Source of the DNA: Eledone cirrhosa
Lineage: Eukaryota
Reading direction: 5' to 3'
Length of the DNA: 64,000 bases
Assembly (NCBI GenBank): GCA_964016885.1
Contig: OZ024740.1
Coordinates: 201,376,001 to 201,440,000 of the forward strand
Positions within the stretch are counted from its first letter, which is position 1; every line of letters starts with the position of its first letter. Both the position numbers and the translations under genes were made by a program. Positions 53,862-64,000 of the stretch are shown here, piece after piece. The notes under the pieces were generated by a model that ran no database searches, had not been told where the DNA came from, and was given only the letters and a program-made list of their open reading frames with translations.

Positions 53862-55591
53862 TGATGTTTCTCTTTGTGTCTTTAGAAATAGCAATTTGTT
53901 TTTTTGTTTTTGCATATTTTTAAGCTGTAGATTTATAAAAAAAAATGTTAAAAGCAATCATTGTTGATAAATTGTTTTGGAGAAAGAAAGTGATGAGGTT
54001 TGATTCTGTGGGAAGAGAAGATAAATGATATTTGGAAATGAAAGGGATTTTTAGTGGCTATATTTTTCTTACTGTATCTCTTTCTCTCCCCCTCTCTGTC
54101 TATACAGGTGAAAAGTATAAATGTTATGAAAGAGAGAGAGAGAAACATGCATTCGGTGGGATTTTAAAGTTATATTATTAGCTAAGAGACTAGTTTGACA
54201 TGCAATGAGCTGCAGCTTATTTTATTTTTTCAGCTCTTGGGTTCCTCATAAAGCAGTTGTGCTAACTATTGTCAAAAAATCTCTGTGTTCTGACAACATG
54301 CGTTACTGACAACATGTAGTTACTGTCAAAAACTTAGGATCGACAAACATCTTGTGTCAGACACAGAGACAGACACAATTTAAAAAGAAATATGATAATT
54401 ATTATGATGATAAAATCAAAATTAATTAAAAAGGTAACAGCAGTTCTGCCATAACTTTTAAAATGGCAGTAAAATTTTATTTTTTTTTATTTTTTCACTT
54501 TTTTTTGTTTGGTTGAAGGTAAAAATTATAAATAAGTAAATTAAAAAGTTAAATAATTGTTTTACGAAGGCAAGAAAACTGAGAACTTTAAGGAAAAGGG
54601 GATTTAGGAAGTTGTGGCGTTTATGCCTTTTCCAAGGGTAGAAATGATGCAAGTGACATTAAATACAGCAGTTCCACCTGGGAACCAAAGCTGAATCTAG
54701 AACTCAGGTTTTCTGAGAGGTTGCTAACTAACACACTAAAACACATGCCCTGAACATGTAAATAACATATCAGGTGTTCTGATTTGCCACAACAAATTTT
54801 TGGAGTATGGTACTTTATTTCATCAACCCTGGGAGAAGAGAAGGCAAAGTCAACTCTAGTGGGATTTGAACTCAGGACATAAATGATTAATAATACGAAA
54901 TGACAAACCGAATAAAGTAATTATCTACAGAATTTATTAATGATTAGTAAAATATGATTTCTACTTTAAACAACGAGCAGCAAGTGTTGGCTTTGTTTTT
55001 GTTGCTGCTGTTGTAGTTGGGATACAAAATATAAAATAAATAAATAATTTTAGAGTTAGTGATTTTCTTTTGTGTGTGCGTGTGCGTGTATGTGTGTATA
55101 TATATATATATAGATACATATATAGAGATGTATATATGTTTATACGCACAGGGTGCGGCAGAAAATCTTCCCATATTTTACAGTCAGCCCTTAAAATGTG
55201 AGAAGTATTTTTGCCGCATGTATGTGTGTATATATATATGTATATAATATTTGACTTCCATCTGTCTAGATTATTGCATGGGTTGAGTAAGTCTGAAAAT
55301 TCTAATGTTTGTATTTGATCTTGGGAGGAACAAAATGCTTTATAGACAAATTCCCTTCTTAGCACCAGCAACTCATATTATGAAGGGAACTGAGGACATG
55401 TTGGTTAACAACTACAGCAAAACAAATAGAAACATGATATAGTTTATTGTAGAACAGAAGGCAATGTTTTGTGAATACTAGTGGTGAGGATTGAACACCT
55501 GATCAACTACAAGATCGTAACACTAACATCTGAATGACAATACTATATATATTCATATACATATATATAATATCTGTGTGCGTCAATGTGT

Positions 55592-55640
<49 letters not shown>

Positions 55641-57843
55641 CGATAGAAAAAAAACAGAAATACGTACAGAAGCATATTCTACAGTTCAACAGAAATTGTT
55701 TCTTAAAAAAAAAAAGAAAATATGTTGCAGGGAGATGATACTAAATGAAGAGCAAGTACATGGAGGGGTTGAGTACACCTAATAGTACATGGAGTAGTTG
55801 ATGAAAGAGAAGTACTAGGAGCACACAGAAGAGTACAGATATGAGAATTTCATGGAGAGGTATACAGAAGATAACATAGAATATATATAAACTAACATAT
55901 TCCTTCCATATACTATACTGTTTGTCTTATTTCTGTTTACCTTTTACACACTCACACACACATATATATATATATAGTGCTATATGTAGTACACAGAAGT
56001 ACATATAAGAATATGCAAAAGAGTATTTGTAGGAGTAATAGTTAATACACTAGTACGTGTAGTACTTTTGGTTGATTCAAAGGTCAACAGCTACGAACAA
56101 GCAACCGTCTCGCAAGATTTAGTTGTTTCTAGTTATCTCCCTTTATTGTTTCTCCTTGGTTATCTCTCTTAATTGCTTACTACACTGTTATCTCCCTTTC
56201 TTGTCTATTATATTGACTTGAACTAAGGACACAATGAGAAAAGCAATCAGTTTTAGGGTGTGTGTGTGCGCGTATGAGTGCATATATGAGTCAGTGAATA
56301 TGTGTGTTCGCTATAAAGTTGTCCGTTGTACACTCTCCAGGTCAGCCTTGATACAGTAGACCTATAATCAAAAGCATTCCAGCAATAACCATCCTGTCTT
56401 TTATACTGACAGTATCCAATTGAAAACATAATTCAATGCATTTTACTTGTTTAAGACAATACAGTCAGAAATGACCTACAGAAAATTTGGCTGCTAATGT
56501 TGTATAGCCAAGCTCCTGTATAGAGGCTGGCACACTGACATAGAACAGTTATGTTATTTCTTTCATGAAAGACAAACACAGTCAGGTATGATCTGCAAGA
56601 GGTTTGGCTGCTATTACTAACAAATCAAGTCATTACACAGAGGTCACATGTTGTATATTTTCAATACACCACACTGACGAGGAGATGGATTTGAGAAATT
56701 GTTGACGTCAAACATTACAAAGTAACTTACAATATGTTTCAACCCTGTCAAATCTCATGAACAATACCTGTTCACTTGTAGTTAGTGTGACCTAGAATAG
56801 CACAGGTATGAATAACATACAGTGTATGAGTGTGAGTGCGTGTGTGTTTGATTATGTAGATATATTAAAAAAATTCAACTTAATTTCTTCTTCATGAATC
56901 AGGTTTCATGCCACAACTATCTTCTTGTCTGAAGGTTGCTATGGTCTGAAACTCAAGTCATAGGAAAAAGATTTAGTTTAAATAAAATATTATACTCTTC
57001 ACCATGTATAAAGTACACTCTTCTACAATCAATAACAAAATGTACGCCTGGACATATATATATATATAAGTATTTGGATAAATAAAATATATATATATAA
57101 TAAATATATATATATGTATGTATATTAAAAAAAAAAATATATAAAATATATATATATATTTATATAAAACAAAAATGCATATAGGGAGGGAGAGGGGGAG
57201 GGAGGGAGAGGGAGAGAGAGAGATGATTCATGCATAAACAGACATACAAGAATATATATATAATCATATATAAGTTCAACCATACAATTATAAGAATTTA
57301 TGTATAATGCATATATGCTACAAACATACATTTGTGTGTATATACACACACAAGCGTTGCCATTTCTATACATATAATTTTGTTCTATATGTCTGCATAG
57401 ATAATTCTTCTGAAAATTTCTTTGTAACAAGTTCCTATAGAATTAAAAACTAAAATAAAATGTAGGACATCTGATCCTGTAGTATTCCTACTGCAGCAGT
57501 AGGTAGTGGTGATGCAGTTTTACTGCAGCAGCCACTGATGGTGGTAATAGAGTAACAACAATTCTGAATATTAGTATAACCCCAATATTATGGTTGGTTT
57601 CTGGACAGCTTGGTATCAGATGTGCAAATACCAAAAACGTAAAAAAAGTGAACTTTATATCGAGCTTTCATAAGATTATTAATTTACATATATATACACG
57701 CATACAATTGTACATACAGCGGCATATATACACTTTCACACATATAAATGAACATGCATTATATGTTATATAAACACATGAATTTATAGAGTTTATATAC
57801 ACATTTTTAGAATTTTAGGAGCAGGATTGGGTTGTTGCATATG

Positions 57844-57844
<1 letters not shown>

Positions 57845-57885
<41 letters not shown>

Positions 57886-58244
57886 CATGTATATATACAT
57901 ATATATACATACATACATATATATACATAAATTTATATACACACATATATATATACACACACATACATATACATACATACATGTATATATATACATACAT
58001 ACATACATGTATATATACATATATATACATATATATACATACATACATACATACATGTATATATACATATATATACATATATATACATACATATATATAC
58101 ATACACATACATATATATACATAAATACGTATATATACATACATACACATACATACATACGTATATATATATATATATATATACACATACATACATACAT
58201 ATATATACACATACATACATACATACATACATATGTATATATAT

Positions 58245-58275
<31 letters not shown>

Positions 58276-58281
58276 CATACA

Positions 58282-58321
<40 letters not shown>

Positions 58322-58574
58322 CATACATACATATATATATACATATACATACATACATATGCATATATATATACATACATACATATGCATATATATATAT
58401 ACATACATATATATATATATATATACATACATATATATATATATATATACATACATATATATATATATATATACATACATATATATATATATATATATAC
58501 ATACATATATATATATATATATATACATACATATATATATATATATATATACATACATATATATATATATATAT

Positions 58575-58665
<91 letters not shown>

Positions 58666-58713
58666 CATACATACATATATTTACATATTTATACACACAC
58701 ACACACACACACA

Positions 58714-58750
<37 letters not shown>
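57845..58750. repeat. Compound (TA)n/(TACA)n microsatellite
   Basis: Direct reading. Confidence 0.97.
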
Positions 58751-58751
<1 letters not shown>

Positions 58752-59569
58752 CACCATACATCTGAAGTATGTCATCCACTGGACAGGATTATTTTTATTT
58801 TCTAAAGTCCTTAATTTGTGCGCCTGGAGTAATGCCCCGCAAATAATATATCGATAGGTAATGCTGTAGTGCTGGTCACCATTGCTCTCTAGTCTAGATC
58901 ACTACAGTTTTCTCCTATGAAGACCAAGAAAATATATGGTTTGCTCATATCATCCAGTAAGAAACTTATTTTACTCCTTGAATACAAAAACAATTGAAAC
59001 CAACCCTAATATACAAAACTGTATATTTTAAAGTGTTTATTTAAAAACCTTTCATCATAATATTATAAAAGAACCTTTATTAAGTTATGCTCTAACACCA
59101 GCTTAATAATGAGAAAATTAGTTGTTTACTAAATCCCTCCAAATTGTTGATTATTTTCAAAATTATTTGAAAATATCAGGCAGTGTGTTTCATTAAAAGT
59201 ATGGTAACGAAAGGGTTATTATGACTACTTTCAAATAGAAAACCTTAAAATATGCTTTTCTCCTAAGTTGCCCTTTCTAACACAGGAGAGAATATAAATA
59301 AACATTCATATATTCCTTTCTATTTTTAAAGAAAATGTATTTAATATTTAAAAGAATGAAGTTTAATATTAGAAAACAAGTTCAAGATTTAAAATATTAC
59401 TAAGTTCTAATTTTGGTTAAATACATTGTGTGAATTAATTAATTAATCAGTAAATAGTTTATATTCAAAATGTTTGGTGTTTTTGTTTTTTTCGTTGTCA
59501 TTTTCTAATCCATCAAATATTTTTAATTAGTCCTTAATTACATAGTAAAATGTAAAAGTGAAAACTAAT

Positions 59570-59765
59570 AATTTCTTATTTTGGCACAAAGCCAGTAAAG
59601 AGTGGGGGTCGATTAAAGCGACACCTGTTCTTGACAGGTATCTTATTTTATCAACTTTGGTAGGATGAAAGGCAAAGTTGACCTCAACAGAATTTGAACC
59701 CAGAACGTAAAAAGCCAAGACAAATACTATTAAGAATTTCTCAGACATTCTAATGACTCCACTGC
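59570..59765 (-). mobile_element. Degenerate SINE
   Basis: Core and B-box on - strand. Confidence 0.7.
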
Positions 59766-61452
59766 CTAATAATAGTATCAGCCTCGTTTAACACGCATGT
59801 TTCATGCTAGCATGGGTTAGACGTATTGTCACAATATGAGTCAAGTCAGGTCAGGAGGCCATATCTTGCTCATATGGATCTGTAATATTAATAATAACGA
59901 TTTCTAATTTAAGCACATGGCGAAAAAATTGCGAGGAAGGAAAAATCAATTATATTGACCTTAGTAACTGACTAGTTCTTTTTTGAGAGATTAAAAGTTA
60001 GAATTGAAAGTAAAAGGGAAAATCCTCTGAATATAAGATAGCTTAAGTGGAGTAGTTATATAGCTCAACATTTTAATAGATTTTACATCTAAATTGTTTG
60101 TTTCGCTTTGTTTTGTTTTTCTATAACCTTAATGTCTAAATATTTATTTCTGTATGCCTAATGAGTAGATATTGAACCTTACAAAGATACATTATTTGTT
60201 TAAAAATAGAAATGGAAACAGAAAAATGAAAAATGTGTGAAGTCGTTGAGTCAAATGTATAAAAAAGATTGACATAAATATCCTGTTGGATTCAATAATT
60301 ACATCTGGCAGGACTATAGATAACAGCTATATGGATATGATGTGGGACATAATGAAAGAAGAGTAATATTTACATAGATTTGGGTTGGTTGTATGGTTGC
60401 TTTGGTTTGTTGTTTTCTTAAATAGTTAAAATAGTCAGTAATTATATGATTAACAAATATTTCTGGCTTAAAAACACTGACTTCATTAAAAGAGATGATA
60501 ACAAATGACTTTAATAACAGAGTGCTATATATAATGACATTCTAATTATAACAACATACAAGGGCTAGTATATTAACCATTTTAGCCCTATGATCCTTTT
60601 GACTATATAACAGAAACCCCTATAAATTGTCAAAAACAATAAAAGAGCATTATATTTTTAGGCTAATATATCAAGTCATATAGTGTTTTTTGTCTACATT
60701 ATTGAGTCCAATATAAATGAGCCTGGTAAAGCTCTCAGGGTTAAAAGAGTGTATTTGATTAGAATTTCTACTTAGCTATGCATGCAGTAATATTAGAAGG
60801 AACTTATTTAGTTAGATAAACTTGAGTTGATGTATTTCGTCTAAATAGAATAAGGGATTATACTTTCTATAATCTAGAACATGAGTAAGAAAAATATGGC
60901 CCGCAAGCCACATACAATCTGCGAAGTTTGTTGGTACAGCTCGCAAATGTTCTTGCATAATGTCCATTTGTGTCACACTGCACATACTGAATTCTGATTA
61001 CAACAAACTTGTACAGGATTTGAGGTGAGATGATTGTATTAATCCTATTAACAGCTTCAGTAACTGATCGATAACATTTATGAAGCAACATAATATTAAA
61101 TTCAGTTTAATCAGTTACTTTCTTACTGTTATAAATAACAGCCGTATGGATAATAACTGTATTTTTGTCATGTCAGACGAAAAATTTATTATGTAATAAA
61201 TTCAGGGTTTTATCAAGTGTGGCCTGCTGAGGACATTACAGATGTTCCAGTGGCCCTCAAGGAGAAAAGTTTGCCCACCTCTATTCTAGAACATTCTAAT
61301 AGCAGTCAAAGCAATAAGTAGAAAAACTAAAATCCTTTTACCCTGTTCATTATCAATTTTTAGAATAGTTGAAAATAATTTTTTTAAATTTCATACTAAA
61401 ATGAATAATATACTTAAAAAATGTTCAGCTTGAATAGATTGTTATTATAAAA

Positions 61453-62056
61453 GTTGGTTGTCTATGTATACTGTTGGTTGTCTATGTATACTGTTGGTTG
61501 TCTATGTATACTGTTAGTTATCTATGTGTACTGTTGATTGTCTATGTGTACTGTTGGTTGTCTATGTATACTGTTAGTTGTCTATGTATACTGTTGGTTG
61601 TCTATGTATACTGTTAGTTATCTATGTATACTGTTGATTGTCTATGTATACTGTTAGTTATCTATGTATACTGTTAGTTATCTATGTATACTGTTGGTTG
61701 TCTATGTATACTGTTAGTTGTCTATGTATACTGTTGATTGTCTATGTATACTGTTGGTTGTCTATGTATACTGTTAGTTATCTATGTATACTGTTAGTTA
61801 TCTATGTATACTGTTAGTTGTCTATGTATACTGTTGGTTGTCTATGTATACTGTTGGTTGTCTATGTATACTGTTGGTTTTCTATGTATACTGTTGGTTG
61901 TCTATGTATACTGTTGGTTGTCTATGTATACTGTTGGTTGTCTATGTATACTGTTAGTTGTCTATATATACTGTTGGTTGTCTATGTATACTGTTAGTTG
62001 TCTATATATACTGTTGGTTGTCTATGTATACTGTTGGTTGTCTATGTATTCTGTTA
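61453..62056. repeat. 20-bp minisatellite, about 30 copies
   Basis: Unit TGTTGGTTGTCTATGTATAC. Confidence 0.97.
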
Positions 62057-62149
62057 AGGAAAGGGGTATAGAGGTAACTGATAATGTATTTATCTACAAT
62101 ATTATATTATTTCAAATAAGAGTTTGATGAAACTAAAACAAATAATAAT

Positions 62150-62365
62150 TGCTTCTACTTTTGGCACGAGGCCAACAATTTGAAGGGAAGGGGGAAAGTC
62201 AATTAAATCAACTCCAGTGTGTTACTGGTACTTTATTATATCAACCCCATAAGGACAAAAGGCAAAGCTAACCATGGCAGGATTTGAACTCGGGACGTAA
62301 AGGGCCATAACTCTATGCCACAAAATGCATGTTGCCTTGACACTAATGATTCTGTCAATCCATCA
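62150..62365 (-). mobile_element. SINE, same family
   Basis: Core and B-box on - strand. Confidence 0.8.
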
Positions 62366-62960
62366 CTATGTATAATTATAATAATAATAATAGTAATAAA
62401 CTAAATCCCGGCCCATAAAATATGTTGAATTATAAGTGAATGTTTGATAATGATGAAGAAGCAAACTATGTATTCTTTTGATCTTTTTTTTTAACCTTTA
62501 CAAACAGAAACAGTGGGGAGGGGATGGTAAAACAAGCACTCTAATAAAAAAAAAAAATAAAAAAAAGTTATTTTTAAATGGAGGGTAGGTCATTCTTCTT
62601 AACTGATATAGCTGTGTGTGTGTTGCATGTTTCTATGAGTGTGTATGTAAGGCAGCCAGAAGTAAAGACAAGAGATCAAGTAATGGTGTGTATGTGTGTG
62701 GTGCATGCATGTGTGTGTGTGTGTGATTAATTGAAGGTGAAAAACAGTGGATTTATGCAATTTATCTAACCAAAATTAGATAGGCAACAGTTTTTATGAA
62801 GAATTCAATCATTTTTTTTTTTCCTTTTAAATTTAAAAAAAAAATTAAAATAAAATTTAGAAAGAAATATATATCCATTATACATTCTTTCTGTGTTTTG
62901 ATTTTAATATATATATATATATTTGTTTGTTTTGTTTTGTTTCTATTTTTTAAAAAAAAT

Positions 62961-63364
62961 TTAAATTTTTAAAGGCTCCATATGTCCACTTTGATGTTTC
63001 GTATCATCTGGCATTTCATACACTGATTCGATATCATCATCACAGATGCTTAAATGGGGTATACTGTCACAACACTGGTCAGGTAATGTCGTGGAGCATT
63101 CTTCTTCGTTAGCTACTGCTTCTTTTACTTCGATATTACAATTTTGTGAGTCACAGCTCACCTCCGTTTCACGATCATCTTCAATGCCAGTCTGAGCTGA
63201 CGGTTCTGTTAAAGATGACTGAACATCCTGAAAGTAATCATTATCACTCTCTGTAGAATCTTTTGTTGGTGTCAGTGATTGTTGTTGTTGTTCTTGTAAG
63301 TTCACTTTGTCAGACATTTCTTGGCTGGAGGCTGATTGATCAGAGGTGATGGTCTCCTTTGGAC
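62961..63364 (-). CDS. Probable terminal coding exon of a host gene (acidic, low-complexity C-terminus)
   Basis: Acceptor TTGCAG|G at 63365, open frame PKETITSDQSASSQEMSDK...MEPLKI* with no TE motifs, followed by AT-rich 3'UTR-like sequence. Confidence 0.65.
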
Positions 63365-63499
63365 CTGCAACAATACCAAATATGGACAGATGTTAAAAGA
63401 TCAGCACAACTGACACTCAAACAGATGAAGATTTCATTTTGCATTTATTTGCTTTTACTGTTTAATGGAAAGAACGGAAATGAGAATGGATTGGTGAGT

Positions 63500-63790
63500 G
63501 AAGAAAGGATGAGAGAGAGAGAGAGGGGGAGAAGAAACAATGATGGGAATAGAGCCAGTAAGGAATGCTGTGCAGAGAAATCAGACAAAATGGTTGCATC
63601 ATATGTTGAGGAAGGGTGAAAGTGACAGAGTGACAGAAATGAATGTGGAAGGAATTAGAGGAAAGGGAAAAAACCGCCAGAAAAACTGGCTAATGATGAA
63701 GAAATTAAAGGGCGATGGAGGAGAGCAGACAATACAGCAAAATGGAGACACTAGTCATGGGGCCCATAAGGCCAACTACTGCTTTAGCAG
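63500..63790 (+). mobile_element. Degenerate RTE C-terminal fragment
   Basis: GIEPV..KWLHHMLRK..VEGIRGKG. Confidence 0.6.
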
Positions 63791-64000
63791 GGAAAATGAC
63801 CTTAAAATACTTGTTTAGTCATGGAAAGAAGGCTAGAGTGACCATGACTGTTATGCTACACTGTGGGGTATATTGTTTATGCTAGACATAAGTGTTGTCA
63901 GTAAACTAACACACACCCACAAGCTTGTTTTCCAGTATTGGACATTCTGAGGCGATTTAGAAGAATACAATTGCTTAAAGGGCAGCACAGTGGAATGGAG

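Noticed and set aside
56670-56720. CTGACGA...GAAA motif
   Set aside because: Stems I and II do not pair convincingly
60867-61091. Possible host exon
   Set aside because: Ends in hAT-like terminal sequence; more likely a DNA transposon remnant

Overview
Repeat-saturated, AT-rich animal genomic DNA. The SINE families and compound (TA)n/(CA)n microsatellites suggest an octopus/cephalopod (inference). No complete host gene is present; only a probable terminal coding exon at 62961-63364 (-). The window holds four Penelope-like retroelement (PLE) bodies with RT and/or C-terminal GIY-YIG endonuclease, fragments of RTE, CR1, R4-like, CRE-like and L1/Tx1 LINEs, many tRNA-derived SINEs, several MITEs, a probable solo LTR and three minisatellites. 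The main signal, invisible in the ORF track, is that most short unique islands between (TA)n tracts at 2-12 kb and 21-41 kb carry a type I hammerhead ribozyme (HHR) motif. About 20 were found by eye, ranging from minimal forms with palindromic stem III to forms with a stem II over 100 nt. Many islands are fold-back palindromes whose turn-around point lies on an HHR helix, and the 21.5-40.5 kb block is enclosed by one large inverted duplication. Inside that block is a compact multi-ORF segment including an SGNH/GDSL hydrolase-like gene split by two mini-introns (55 and 57 nt). All motifs were identified by manual reading; no searches or folding were run.
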